Part shown: positions 33,119-43,019 of the stretch, in pieces
How positions within the stretch are numbered: the first letter of the stretch is position 1
Layout: every line of letters begins with the position of its first letter
Assembly: GCA_027025175.1 (NCBI GenBank)
Contig: JALVRF010000005.1
Coordinates: forward strand, 1 to 53,891
Direction: 5' to 3'
From: Candidatus Aminicenantes bacterium
Lineage (GTDB): Bacteria; Acidobacteriota; Aminicenantia; S016-38
DNA: 53,891 bases
Translations under genes and position numbers: made by a program
Notes under the pieces: generated by a model
What the model was told of the DNA's origin: nothing
Databases searched by the model: none
The model's input: the letters and a program-made list of their open reading frames with translations, nothing else

Positions 33119-35278
33119 ATGAAGAAAATTTTGATATTTACCCTGGCTTTCGCAATGCTCTTTTTCTCTATCTTTGCTGAGGAAGGTATGTTTCTGCCCC
33201 AGAGGCTCTCCCCGGCCCTTTATTCCCGAATGAAGTCCATGGGTCTTGAACTATCCCCGGAGCAAATATGGAAACAGGGAGGCCCTTCGCTATCCCAGGC
33301 AGTGGTAAACCTTATGGGAGGAACCGGCTCCTTTGTCTCCCCCAATGGCCTTATAGTTACAAACCATCATGTGGCCTTCGGAGCCGTCCAGCGCCAGAGT
33401 GCAAAAATGGGAATTGACCTAATAAGGAAAGGTTTCCTTGCCAAGAGCATGAAAGAGGAAATTCCAGCCCCCGGCTATAAGGCCCTGGTTCTTTTAAGGA
33501 TGGACGATGTGACCGACAAGGTGCTAAAGGGCGTCATGAAGATGAAGGATCCCTACAAAAGATATCTTCGCCTGGAGAAGAACAGGAAAAAGATAATTAA
33601 AAAATCTGAAAAACCGGGTTACCGCTGTGTCATTAAGAGTTTTTACGGAGGGGAAAAATACTACCTCTTCACCTACCTGGAACTTAAGGATATAAGGATA
33701 GTGTACGTGCCTCCTTCCAGTATAGGAAATTACGGAGGTGATGTAGATAACTGGATGTGGCCCCGTCATACCGGAGATTTTTCCTTCCTCAGGGCCTATG
33801 TGGGCCCTGACGGAAAACCCGCAGAGTATTCTCCCAGAAATGTTCCCTACCATCCGATGGTTTATCTGAAATTCTCGGCCAGGAACATAAACCCGGGAGA
33901 CTTTATGTTTATCCTCGGTTATCCTGGCTCCACCGAAAGATACATGCCCAGTTTTTACGCCGAGTTCATGGAAAAGGAGTTCTACCCCCGGAGGATAAAA
34001 TTCCTTGATGGATGGATAAAAATCCTGGAAGAGGGCTCGCGCAGGAGCAAAATTGCTGAGTTTAAAAACGCCGGCATACTCAAGGGATTAAACAACGCCA
34101 TAAAGAACTGGAAGGGACAACTGCAGGGCTTCAAAAGGTTGCATGTGGTAGCCAGGAAAAAGGCACTGGAAGAAAAAATACAGGAGGCTCTGGAAAAGGA
34201 CCCGGAACTCAGGGCAAAATACGGAGATGTTTTTCCCCGTTACAGAAAATATTTTGAAAAGGCAAAAAGACTCTCCATGAAGTCCTTTTATTCCGGATGG
34301 TTTCCCTATGGCTCCCGCCTTCTTTCCTCTGCCATTGAAATAGTTTACTGGACCAGGGAAAGGCTCAAGAAGGACATAGACAGAAAACCCGGATACATGG
34401 ACAGGGACAGGGAAAATCACATCATCAGGTTAAAAATGGTGGATATGGCCTACGAACCCTGGACGGATAGGCAGGTGCTCAAATACTTTATCCTTCAGCA
34501 GGGAAAGGTTCCTCCCCAATACAGGCTTAAAGCCCTGGAGAGGCTACTCAATGGGGATTTCTCCGAAAAGAATGTGGACGCCTTCCTGGACAACCTTTAC
34601 AAAAACACCAGGATGGGTGATCTCAATTTCAGGCTGAAACTCTTTAATTCTCCCTACAGGAAAATCCTCAAGTGCAGGGACCCCTTCATTAAATTCGCCC
34701 TTCAAATTGTGCCCGAAATGGACAGAATGGAAAGACAGGCCAAGGCCCTGGGAGGAGAAGCCCTGGAATTTCTCCCAGAATATTACGCCCTGTGGAGGGC
34801 GGTTTTTGGAAGCGAATTCATGTATCCAGATGCTAACGGAACCCTCAGGCTCACCTACGGCACGGTCAAGGGATATTCACCCAGGGATGCGGTGTTTTAC
34901 CTGCCCCAGACCAGCCTTACCGGGGTTATGGAAAAGGAAACCGGAAGGGAACCATTCATAGTGCCGAAAAAACTGAAGGAACTATGGAAAAAGAGGGAAT
35001 TTGGGCCCTACGAGGATCCGGAAATGAAGAATGTGCCTGTGGATTTTCTAACCACCCACGACACCACCGGGGGAAACTCAGGCTCGCCGGTACTCAATGG
35101 AAAAGGAGAACTGGTGGGTCTTCTCTTTGACGGCAACCTTGAAAGTGTGGTGAGCGATTATTACTTCTGGCCCCCTATTACCCGCTCCATCTCCGTGGAC
35201 AGCAGATATGTCCTTTTCATAACGGATAAATTCCAGGGAGCCCAAAGGATTATAAAGGAGCTTCGGATAGTAAGGTAA
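33119..35278 (+). CDS. S46-family serine peptidase (dipeptidyl-peptidase 7/11-like), secreted
   Basis: 719 aa. Signal peptide then EGMFLP. Catalytic-type blocks VTNHHVA and GGNSGSPVLN. AAGGAGGG SD. Confidence 0.85.
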   Translation: MKKILIFTLAFAMLFFSIFAEEGMFLPQRLSPALYSRMKSMGLELSPEQIWKQGGPSLSQAVVNLMGGTGSFVSPNGLIVTNHHVAFGAVQRQSAKMGIDLIRKGFLAKSMKEEIPAPGYKALVLLRMDDVTDKVLKGVMKMKDPYKRYLRLEKNRKKIIKKSEKPGYRCVIKSFYGGEKYYLFTYLELKDIRIVYVPPSSIGNYGGDVDNWMWPRHTGDFSFLRAYVGPDGKPAEYSPRNVPYHPMVYLKFSARNINPGDFMFILGYPGSTERYMPSFYAEFMEKEFYPRRIKFLDGWIKILEEGSRRSKIAEFKNAGILKGLNNAIKNWKGQLQGFKRLHVVARKKALEEKIQEALEKDPELRAKYGDVFPRYRKYFEKAKRLSMKSFYSGWFPYGSRLLSSAIEIVYWTRERLKKDIDRKPGYMDRDRENHIIRLKMVDMAYEPWTDRQVLKYFILQQGKVPPQYRLKALERLLNGDFSEKNVDAFLDNLYKNTRMGDLNFRLKLFNSPYRKILKCRDPFIKFALQIVPEMDRMERQAKALGGEALEFLPEYYALWRAVFGSEFMYPDANGTLRLTYGTVKGYSPRDAVFYLPQTSLTGVMEKETGREPFIVPKKLKELWKKREFGPYEDPEMKNVPVDFLTTHDTTGGNSGSPVLNGKGELVGLLFDGNLESVVSDYYFWPPITRSISVDSRYVLFITDKFQGAQRIIKELRIVR

Positions 35279-36124
35279 TTATTTAACGCAGAAAAATACC
35301 TGATAAAAGGCAGCGGCAAGTTCCCTTTTGTCAGGGCTACCCTTACTGACCTGGGCGGGGACGAAACTTTTGTCCGCTTCAAAACGGAGTATGAACTCGT
35401 CCCCGTCTCCCATAAGTTCAGGGGTGATGGTAAAAAGCCTCTGAAACTGGGGCTGGGTTATTTCTCCAAGAAGGTGGTCGTTTATGAATATCCTTATTCT
35501 CTGGTCCGGTAAATATTTTTCAGGGAAAAAGCCCTTTATGTAAAGGAGGGAGGTTTTTCTGGGATTCTCCACCCTGCAGATTGCAGTTTTGGCCATCCAC
35601 CTCCAGGTTTTCCCGGAATTGTCGGCCTCTTCATTGTACCACCCCCTGGCATATATTTTCTGGGGAAGCATTTCAGAATTGATCTTTATGCTCAGGGGTT
35701 TTTTAATGACTTCAATCTTCTGGCCGGTTTCAGGATTTACAAAACCAACGGAGAAATCCACCTTGAAATTATCACCGCTTATTTCCTCAACATATTCGGG
35801 AAAAACCAGAATCCTCTCGTAGGATATCTCCTCGCCGGGTTTCCACTGGGAGAAAGGCACCGGAGGTTTGTGATCATCAAGTAGATACATGGTCTTTGCC
35901 TTCCCGTCCCAGAAATGGACATAAATCCAATAATTATCGTGCAGGGAAAAGCCCTCTTCAGGCTTCCATGTGTATTTCATCTTAACTATGTATGCGTCCC
36001 TGAGTTGAGGCGGCTCAAAGGTTACCTTAAGACTTACAGGAAGGTTCTTGCCCCTGGGTTTCCCGCAAAACGGCAGGGAAAACAAAATTAAGACCATTAA
36101 TGAGATAATGGCAATTTTCCTCAA
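35279..36124 (-). CDS. Hypothetical lipoprotein
   Basis: 281 aa with lipobox-like LPFC after a signal peptide. No family recognised. Confidence 0.6.
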   Translation of the reverse strand: MRKIAIISLMVLILFSLPFCGKPRGKNLPVSLKVTFEPPQLRDAYIVKMKYTWKPEEGFSLHDNYWIYVHFWDGKAKTMYLLDDHKPPVPFSQWKPGEEISYERILVFPEYVEEISGDNFKVDFSVGFVNPETGQKIEVIKKPLSIKINSEMLPQKIYARGWYNEEADNSGKTWRWMAKTAICRVENPRKTSLLYIKGFFPEKYLPDQRIRIFINDHLLGEITQPQFQRLFTITPELMGDGDEFILRFEADKSFVPAQVSKGSPDKRELAAAFYQVFFCVK

Positions 36125-36135
36125 TTTTTCCTCCT

Positions 36136-36849
36136 TTAAAGGGTAATCTCAAGGGATGTTATGAGAATTATATCATTTTTTTTCAGGGTGACTAAGGGAG
36201 GCTGGTTATTATACCTTTCCGTAAGGGAAAAGTTTAACCATAAGGGCTTTTTCATGAGGAATTTCATGGAGGCTTCTCCCTCAAACCTGTAATCTCCCGG
36301 ATCTATCAGGGAAGGGGTATAGAGGGCAGCGAGGGAAAATTGAGCCCCTGAATCCATTTTTCTCCTCAAATTCATGGCAAGGGCCAATCTCCTGGTTTTT
36401 TTGACCGAAGTTTTCGTAAAATAAGCCTCGTATTCCTCAGAATATGAGGCAGAAAATGAGACTTTCTTTACCGATTTCTTTTCCATAGAATAATTAAGAC
36501 CCAGACTGAAGTCCACCCTGCCCTGGATGTCCGCCATTTTGTCAAAGAAATAAGAAGCAGATGAAATGAGTTTCCACCTGCCGAAAACCGGCTTTTCTGT
36601 GGAAAAGGTTAGTTTCCCCTGATTGGTATCTACCTCCCTCTCTCCCCTTCCATAAATGTAGTTGCTGGATATTATGAACCCAGCATCCTTCCTTACGAAT
36701 TTTATAATCCCCTTCCCATAAAACCTCGTAGAATTAGAATTACCCCTGCTAAGGGAAAGACCGGCCGAGAAATCAAAGGTATTGTCCTGCGGCAATAGGG
36801 GACAAAGAAAAAGAAAAAGTATAAGCAATCTTACCGTTGCTCCTTTCAT
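36136..36849 (-). CDS. DUF481 (YdiY-like) outer-membrane protein
   Basis: 237 aa with a signal peptide. LSLSRGNSNST near the N-terminus and ERYNNQPPLVTLKKNDIILITSLEITL at the C-terminus fit the DUF481 pattern. Confidence 0.6.
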   Translation of the reverse strand: MKGATVRLLILFLFLCPLLPQDNTFDFSAGLSLSRGNSNSTRFYGKGIIKFVRKDAGFIISSNYIYGRGEREVDTNQGKLTFSTEKPVFGRWKLISSASYFFDKMADIQGRVDFSLGLNYSMEKKSVKKVSFSASYSEEYEAYFTKTSVKKTRRLALAMNLRRKMDSGAQFSLAALYTPSLIDPGDYRFEGEASMKFLMKKPLWLNFSLTERYNNQPPLVTLKKNDIILITSLEITL

Positions 36850-36857
36850 AATTAAAA

Positions 36858-36863
36858 ATTATA
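36858..36863 (-). promoter_or_regulatory. -10 element TATAAT, 8 nt upstream of the DUF481 ATG (part of palindromic AATTATAATT that also gives a plus-strand TATAAT at 36860-36865)
   Basis: The minus strand reads TATAATTTTTAATT-ATG, with no SD. Confidence 0.35.
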
Positions 36864-36886
36864 ATTAGCAACAGGGGAAAAATAAA

Positions 36887-37924
36887 ATGGGTTTTTTAGA
36901 AGAATTAAAAGCCGGAAGAGTAAGCGAGGACATCAAAGAACTCGCAGCGGAAGGTGCCATACCCCTCTCCCCCAGGGAACAATTTGAGGTTCTTGCTATT
37001 TTGCTGAAAGACCCTTCCGGCAAAATAGCCGATAAGGCGTTTAATACACTGATTTCCCTTCCATCTTCCACCATAAAATCTTACCTCCGCAGCAGGGAAG
37101 CCTCTCAGGACCTCCTCCATTCTTACGCTGAATGGGCCCTTGAGGAAAGGGACTACCCGATTATAGAAACGATTGTGAGAAACCCCTCTGTGAAGGACGA
37201 AACCCTGCTTTTTCTGGGTGAAAACGGTGACGAAAGGATAACAGAACTGGTGGCTTCAAACCAGGTCAGAGTTATGTCCAATCCTGACCTGATTAAGGCT
37301 CTCCTCAATAATCCATCATCCCCCGTAAGAGTCAGGGCTCTAATGGAAGAGTGGAAAAGACTTTACTACAGCACTGGCGAGGAAAAAGCGGTTAAACAGG
37401 TGGAAAGCATGCTTGAGGAACTGGAGGAGTTGGAAGAACTGGAGGAAATTGAGGAACTGGAGGAGGTATTAGAAGGAGGGGAACCCACAGAAAGAAATAT
37501 ATATACCCTGACATGGAATGAAATAAAGAACCTGCCTATCCCGGCCAAGGTTAAGTTGGCTCTGATGGGTTCAAAAATGCACAGGGCCATTTTAATAAGG
37601 GATAACAATAAAATAGTGGTGGATGCAGTGCTGGAAAGCCCCAAACTTACCGAAAACGAAATTGCCATATATGCAAAGATGAAATCTCTTCCCCAGGATG
37701 TCATTAGAAAGATAGCCTCCTCCCGTGAATGGACGAAGCATTATTCAGTTCTCCTTAACCTAGTCAGGAATCCCAAAACCCCTCTCCCCATAGCAATAAG
37801 TTTCCTCTCAAGGCTCAGGAAAAGGGACCTCATGGAAATAGCCCGGAGCCGTGAGGTTCCGGATCCGGTAAGAAGGGAGGCCCAGAAAATTCTAACGCGC
37901 AAGGAGAAGCAGAAAAAAATATAA
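36887..37924 (+). CDS. Helical-repeat (HEAT/LRV-like) protein with acidic (EEL)n linker
   Basis: 345 aa with repeated NP..P....L.. helical units (RNPSVKDETLLFL, NNPSSPVRVRAL, RNPKTPLPIAISFL). No family recognised with confidence. Confidence 0.6.
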   Translation: MGFLEELKAGRVSEDIKELAAEGAIPLSPREQFEVLAILLKDPSGKIADKAFNTLISLPSSTIKSYLRSREASQDLLHSYAEWALEERDYPIIETIVRNPSVKDETLLFLGENGDERITELVASNQVRVMSNPDLIKALLNNPSSPVRVRALMEEWKRLYYSTGEEKAVKQVESMLEELEELEELEEIEELEEVLEGGEPTERNIYTLTWNEIKNLPIPAKVKLALMGSKMHRAILIRDNNKIVVDAVLESPKLTENEIAIYAKMKSLPQDVIRKIASSREWTKHYSVLLNLVRNPKTPLPIAISFLSRLRKRDLMEIARSREVPDPVRREAQKILTRKEKQKKI

Positions 37925-38418
37925 TGCTGGTGTTTTTGCTCATCCTGAACATACTTTACAGCACCCGCTCTGCGGTATGTCAATTCACTGAAAGGGTAAA
38001 AGTCCAGGGGGATATACTGAAGGAGCATGGTTATTTTTATTTCAAGAGGGGCGAGGGTATAAGGTGGGATTATACAAGTGGGGAAAAAAGAATATTTGTT
38101 CTAACAGGGGGGAAACTCTGGGAATACCATCCTCGGGAAAGATTTTACAGAAATTATGAGGTGAGGAAAAGTTTCTGGGAAGTCCTCCAGGACCCGGCCA
38201 AATGGAAGGAACTTGTAAAGGAAGTGGAGGGGAAAAACGGAAAATTTATCGTAAAAACTAAGGAAGGAGAGGAAATTTTGATGGAAATTAAAAGGAACAG
38301 GATAAAAAGAATTTCCTTTGAGGATACGAGTTTTGAATTTACCCATTGTCGTTATAACATTCCTCTTCCTTCTTCCCTTTTCAAACCAACCTTTCTTTCC
38401 CGGGTTCGTAAAAAATAA
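37924..38418 (+). CDS. LolA/RseB-fold-like periplasmic protein
   Basis: 164 aa. CQFTERVKVQGD...GYFYFKRGEGIRWDY...IFVLTGGKLWEYHP parallels the LolA family pattern. TAATG-type junctions with both neighbours. Confidence 0.5.
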   Translation: MLVFLLILNILYSTRSAVCQFTERVKVQGDILKEHGYFYFKRGEGIRWDYTSGEKRIFVLTGGKLWEYHPRERFYRNYEVRKSFWEVLQDPAKWKELVKEVEGKNGKFIVKTKEGEEILMEIKRNRIKRISFEDTSFEFTHCRYNIPLPSSLFKPTFLSRVRKK

Positions 38419-38981
38419 TGGAAGAAAAGGAACTGGCTTTAAGGGCAAAAAATGGAGACAAGGAGGCATTTGAGATGCTGGTAAGGCGATATCAGAAAGG
38501 GCTTTACAACTACATCTACAGGCTCACCGGAGAAAGGGAACTGGCGGTGGACTTTACCCAGGAAGCCTTCCTGAGGGCTTACATTTCCATGATCAGATAT
38601 AACCCCTCCTATCATTTTTCCACATGGCTCTGGAGGATAGCCCACAACCTGGTAGTTGACCATTTCAGAAAGGGAAAACTTAACACCGTTTCCCTTCAAA
38701 TGGGGGAAGAAGGTGAGGAAGTGGAATACGATGTGGAAAGCAGGGAACGGGGCCCCTTTGAAAATCAACTTAACAGGGAAAGAAGGAAGATAATTATGGA
38801 GGCCCTGGAAAAATTGCCTCCCTCCCTGAAGGAACTTATCATTCTGCGACATTTTAATGAACTTTCCTATCAGGAAATTTCAGAGGTTACTGGTATGCCC
38901 TTTCACGAAGTAAAGAGCAAATTATTCAGGGCAAGGGAAAAATTAAGAGCGCTTCTGGAGGCTTATCGTGAAGCATTATAA
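38418..38981 (+). CDS. ECF-type RNA polymerase sigma factor (sigma-70 family, regions 2 and 4)
   Basis: 187 aa. Region 2 has FEMLVRRYQKGLYNYIYRLTG...DFTQEAFLRAY. Region 4 has ELSYQEISEVTGMPFHEVKSKLFRAREKLR. Confidence 0.9.
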   Translation: MEEKELALRAKNGDKEAFEMLVRRYQKGLYNYIYRLTGERELAVDFTQEAFLRAYISMIRYNPSYHFSTWLWRIAHNLVVDHFRKGKLNTVSLQMGEEGEEVEYDVESRERGPFENQLNRERRKIIMEALEKLPPSLKELIILRHFNELSYQEISEVTGMPFHEVKSKLFRAREKLRALLEAYREAL

Positions 38982-39438
38982 CTACGAAGAAATCTATCTT
39001 TACCTGGATGGCGAAATGCCCCCCATGGAAAGGAGTCTGCTTGAGGACCACATTCTGGTATGTAAAGAATGCGCCGAAAAACTGGAAAGGGCCAAAGTTC
39101 TTTATCAGGAAATAAAATCGGAGGAGGAAAATCCTCCGGTGGATATAGCCTCTCTGGTTATGGCGAAAATAGACAGGAAAAGGAAAATTCTACCGGTAAT
39201 TTACGGGATTTTCATATTACTGGTCGCCATCCTGACCGTCCCCGTATTCTTCGGTCTGGATAGGGCTATCTTTTTCTATTACATAATTCTCGATTACTTC
39301 AACAAAATTTATCTTGTAGCCAGGGCTGGACTTTCGTATTTATTTTCACTTAAAATTCCGGCCTGGGTATTTGCGGGGGCAGTATTGATGCTATTTCCTG
39401 TATACTTTGCCCTCCGCAAAATATGGAGGAACACATGA
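38968..39438 (+). CDS. Anti-sigma factor (zf-HC2, membrane-anchored)
   Basis: 156 aa. HILVCKECAEKL is the H-x3-C-x2-C motif, followed by TM helices. GTG start overlapping the sigma gene. Confidence 0.75.
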   Translation: MKHYNYEEIYLYLDGEMPPMERSLLEDHILVCKECAEKLERAKVLYQEIKSEEENPPVDIASLVMAKIDRKRKILPVIYGIFILLVAILTVPVFFGLDRAIFFYYIILDYFNKIYLVARAGLSYLFSLKIPAWVFAGAVLMLFPVYFALRKIWRNT

Positions 39439-40283
39439 GGAAAATATTAATTTTTCTTGTGATGGTTTTTTCTCTGGCCGCTTCCATAAAGGTAGGTAAA
39501 GGGGAGGTAAAAAACGGTGATGTGGTTTGTATAGGGGACAGCGCCGTGGTGGAGGGAAAGGTAAAAGGAGACCTGGTGGCCATAAAATGCGACCTGACCT
39601 TTTCGGGCAAGGTGAATGGGGACCTCGTAGCCATATTTTCAAAACTCAAGGCCAGCGAAGGGGCAAAGGTCAACGGAGATCTTGTAAATATTTTCTCCAG
39701 CGGAAACATTTCCGCTATAAAGGTAAACGGTTCCAGGGTAAGCATGAGGGGAGGCCCTGGAAGACATCTTCTGCACAAACCAAAATTCATCCACATGACG
39801 GGGACGGGGACTTTCTTCAACGGTTACAAGTTCGTATCCTACCTGATCCTGTGGGGAATTCTCTCACTTCTGGTGTTCCTCCTCTTCCAGAAGAATGTTA
39901 TGTTAACCGCCTCAGCCCTACTTAACAGGCCCTTTAATCTGTGGCTACGGGGACTGTTAGTATTCGTGGTTCTTATTATTCTCCTTATAATATTCGCTAT
40001 CCTCAGCGCTATAATCATCGGAATCCCCTTCCTGATAATCGTGGTTTTCCTGATGCTCGGAGCCATATTTTTCGGCTACACCTCAATTTTTTACGCTGTG
40101 GGTAACCTAATATTGAACAGCGAAGTTCACCCCGTGTATTCAGTCCTGCTGGGTATGGTTATGTTTTCTTTCATAAAATCCCTTTATATAGTGGGTTCCC
40201 TTTTGAGCCTGATCATGATTCCCCTGGCCTTCGGCGTAACCCATTCCACCTCCTTTGGCAGGAAACTCCCTCCCTCAGAATGA
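39423..40283 (+). CDS. Membrane protein with bactofilin-like (polymer-forming, beta-helical) repeat domain after a signal/anchor sequence
   Basis: 286 aa. Repeats are GDVVCIGDSAVVEGKVKGDLVAIKCDLTFSGKVNGDLVAIFSKLKASEGAKVNGDLVNIF, then 4-5 TM helices. The start may be the second ATG at 39435. Confidence 0.55.
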   Translation: MEEHMRKILIFLVMVFSLAASIKVGKGEVKNGDVVCIGDSAVVEGKVKGDLVAIKCDLTFSGKVNGDLVAIFSKLKASEGAKVNGDLVNIFSSGNISAIKVNGSRVSMRGGPGRHLLHKPKFIHMTGTGTFFNGYKFVSYLILWGILSLLVFLLFQKNVMLTASALLNRPFNLWLRGLLVFVVLIILLIIFAILSAIIIGIPFLIIVVFLMLGAIFFGYTSIFYAVGNLILNSEVHPVYSVLLGMVMFSFIKSLYIVGSLLSLIMIPLAFGVTHSTSFGRKLPPSE

Positions 40284-41765
40284 ACGGAGGAATGAGAGAA
40301 AAATCCTCCTGTCATCCCCATCCAGAAGGAACAGGACGAAAATCCCCATAATTATGGGGAAAGAAATAAGGGGAAGCCAGGGTCTAAACCCCTTTAAAAA
40401 CATCAGCAGAACAAGGGAACCCAGGAAAAGCACCGTACCCTTTAATACGGAATAGGAAAAAACCCATATACCCAATTTCCTCCTTATGTAAACGAGTTCA
40501 AGTATCTTGGAGAAAATCAGGGAGAAACCGGTGGAAACTGCAGCCCCCATAGTTCCCCAAAGGGGAATTAACAGAACGTTTCCGGCGAAGTTCAATATCA
40601 CCGAGATCAGGGTCACTCTGAAGAAGAATAACTGGTGCTCGGTCATGGAAAGGACATATCCCACAGAACCTATGGCCACGCTGAGAATCTGGGCTAAGGT
40701 TAAAATCAAAAGGGGCTCTCTGCCGGAAGAAAACCCCCTGCCGAAAATTCCGAGGATTTTCAAAGGATAAACAGCATAAACAAGTCCAAGGATCAGGGCA
40801 TAGGTAAAAGCCCATCGGGCGCTTCTCCTTCCCAGGGATTCTATTTCACCTTTCTTTCCCAGGGAAAAAAGATAGGAAATTATAGGGGGAAACAGATAAT
40901 TGACTATATTAAGTCCGAAACCCACAAAAAGGGCAGCCCTGGATGCAGCAGAGTATATCCCTACTTCCATAGGTGGCCTGAAATAGCCCACCATAAGGGT
41001 ATCCATCTGAGTTAAAAAAAGATAAAATAGCCCGGAAGCCATCAGCAGGAGGGAAACCCTGGCGAAGGGGGAAAACCTTAGTTGGCGGGCTTTAACGCCA
41101 GAGAAAAATCTCCTGTAAACGAAAATAGCCAGGACCACCATAACGAAAGCGGAGGCGAAAAAGGAAAGGGCCGGAGAAGAAATGCCTATATTAGCCTTCC
41201 ACAGGATGGGGAAAACAAGGCAGGACAGGGAAAAAAGCCCTATACTCTGAATAAGAACGAGAAGATCGGTCCTCCTCAGGGCTTTAAAACTTTCCGTAAG
41301 AAAATAAAAAAGGGCAAGAACCGGGAGGAAAATACCGAAGAGTCTGATATAGGAAGTAAAATGGGGCTTTGAAAAGAAAATGGCCAAATCACGGGCTAAA
41401 AAATAAAAAGACAAACCTGCGGGAATGGAAACCCGGAGTATAATCTTACTCCCCATTTTTAGAAAACCTTTAACGAAGGAAAGATCACCTTTACCGTAGG
41501 CTTCCCCTGCATACTTCAGGACAGAGGCATGGAGGCCCAACGGCACAAATCTAACCATTATCATGTAAAAGGTGAAAATCATTGAAAAATAACCCAGAAT
41601 TTCGGCTCCAGCCATGCGGGATATCAGCACCATAAAACCCAGGGAGAGGAGCATTCCCATGATCTTACCCACAAAGGCAATGGCCCCTCCCCTTGCCACT
41701 TCCCGGGCATGGGATATTACTTCTTCTTCACTTTTATTCTTATGGGAACTCCCTTGAACTGCCAT
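40275..41765 (-). CDS. MOP-superfamily oligosaccharide/polysaccharide flippase
   Basis: 496 aa with about 14 TM segments and the typical Wzx/MurJ-like layout. The start overlaps the der 3' end by 49 nt, so the start is uncertain. Confidence 0.7.
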   Translation of the reverse strand: MAVQGSSHKNKSEEEVISHAREVARGGAIAFVGKIMGMLLSLGFMVLISRMAGAEILGYFSMIFTFYMIMVRFVPLGLHASVLKYAGEAYGKGDLSFVKGFLKMGSKIILRVSIPAGLSFYFLARDLAIFFSKPHFTSYIRLFGIFLPVLALFYFLTESFKALRRTDLLVLIQSIGLFSLSCLVFPILWKANIGISSPALSFFASAFVMVVLAIFVYRRFFSGVKARQLRFSPFARVSLLLMASGLFYLFLTQMDTLMVGYFRPPMEVGIYSAASRAALFVGFGLNIVNYLFPPIISYLFSLGKKGEIESLGRRSARWAFTYALILGLVYAVYPLKILGIFGRGFSSGREPLLILTLAQILSVAIGSVGYVLSMTEHQLFFFRVTLISVILNFAGNVLLIPLWGTMGAAVSTGFSLIFSKILELVYIRRKLGIWVFSYSVLKGTVLFLGSLVLLMFLKGFRPWLPLISFPIIMGIFVLFLLDGDDRRIFLSFLRSF

Positions 41766-43018
41766 TTTTCCCTTATTTTCCTCTCAAGAAATTTTCTGTA
41801 AGAATCATCCAGTTTTATCCTTCTGTTGGCGAAAAAAACAAAAAGAGGGGGATTCACCCCGCTCTGGACTACATAGAAAAACTTTACTTCCTTAGCATCG
41901 GACACCTTTGGAGGATTTTCCCTGAGTATGGGGAGAAGGTAATGATTGAGTTCGCCGGTTTTAATCCTTTTCCCGGCCTCTTTAAGGACATCATCCACTT
42001 CCTCCATTATATTGGTAATTCTCCTACCGGTAAGGGCTGAAACGAAGAGGAGGGGGGCAAAGGAGACGAAGTGCAGTTTATCAAGGAATTTCTCCCTTAC
42101 CCTGAAATACTCAACCGTATCCGCCTTTACCAGGTCCCATTTATTGGCAACAAGAACCAGGGGTTTTCCCTCCTCCACCACCTTTCCGGCTATGGCCCCA
42201 TCATAATGGGTGGGTCCCTGGGAGGCGTCCATGACGAGAACACAAACATCAGCCCCCCTTATGGCCTTGGTCGCCTTTATAATACCCGCAGCCTCAAGGG
42301 AATCCGACGCCCTGGAGAGCCTCCTCATTCCCGCAGTATCCAGGAGCCTGTATCTTTTCCCCTTGAATTTGACCTCCACATCTATTACATCCCTGGTGGT
42401 TCCGGGCTTTTCGTCCACTATAACCCTCTCCTTGCCCGCTAAGCGGTTTACTATGGAACTCTTTCCCACATTGGGCCTTCCCAGGACGAGCACTTTAACG
42501 GCCTTCTCCTGGGGACATTCCCTTCGGGGAATTTTGCTTACTATAAGGTCAAGAAGTTCAGCCAGACCCTGATTGTGCTCTGCAGAGACGGGCACCATTT
42601 CCTCAATGGCCAGGGAATGGAAGGAAAGGGGGTTAAAGGAGCGTTTTACATCCATTTTATTCACAACGAGAACCACATCCTTCCCCATCTTCCTTAGCCT
42701 TTTTGCCACCTCTTCTTCCCATGGAAGGGGACTTCTGGTGCCGTCCACCACCAGAAGAACCACCGAGGCATTCCGGGCGTATTCCAGGGCCTTTCTGGTT
42801 ATTTTCTCGTTCAGTGGCCGGGAAGGAGCCTCAAAAAGCCCTCCGGTATCCAGGACCTCAAAACAGGAGCCCTGCCACTCGGCCATGGAAGAAAGAACAT
42901 CCCTGGTCATTCCGGGCTGGCGGTGAACCAGGGCCTTCTTCCTCCTGACTATCTTGTTGAAGAGAGTGGATTTTCCCACATTGGGAAGGCCTAATATAAC
43001 TACCCTGGGTAAGGACAT
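41717..43018 (-). CDS. der: Ribosome-associated GTPase Der (EngA)
   Basis: 433 aa with two G domains (GLPNVGKSTLFN and GRPNVGKSSIVN) plus a KH-like C-terminus. Confidence 0.9.
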   Translation of the reverse strand: MSLPRVVILGLPNVGKSTLFNKIVRRKKALVHRQPGMTRDVLSSMAEWQGSCFEVLDTGGLFEAPSRPLNEKITRKALEYARNASVVLLVVDGTRSPLPWEEEVAKRLRKMGKDVVLVVNKMDVKRSFNPLSFHSLAIEEMVPVSAEHNQGLAELLDLIVSKIPRRECPQEKAVKVLVLGRPNVGKSSIVNRLAGKERVIVDEKPGTTRDVIDVEVKFKGKRYRLLDTAGMRRLSRASDSLEAAGIIKATKAIRGADVCVLVMDASQGPTHYDGAIAGKVVEEGKPLVLVANKWDLVKADTVEYFRVREKFLDKLHFVSFAPLLFVSALTGRRITNIMEEVDDVLKEAGKRIKTGELNHYLLPILRENPPKVSDAKEVKFFYVVQSGVNPPLFVFFANRRIKLDDSYRKFLERKIREKWQFKGVPIRIKVKKK

Positions 43019-43019
43019 T

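Noticed and set aside
37415-37468. Six imperfect 9-nt tandem units (GAGGAACTG-like)
   Set aside because: They are in frame inside the 36887-37924 gene and encode an (E-E-L)6 acidic linker. This is coding low complexity, not a CRISPR, VNTR-type regulatory repeat or mobile-element end.
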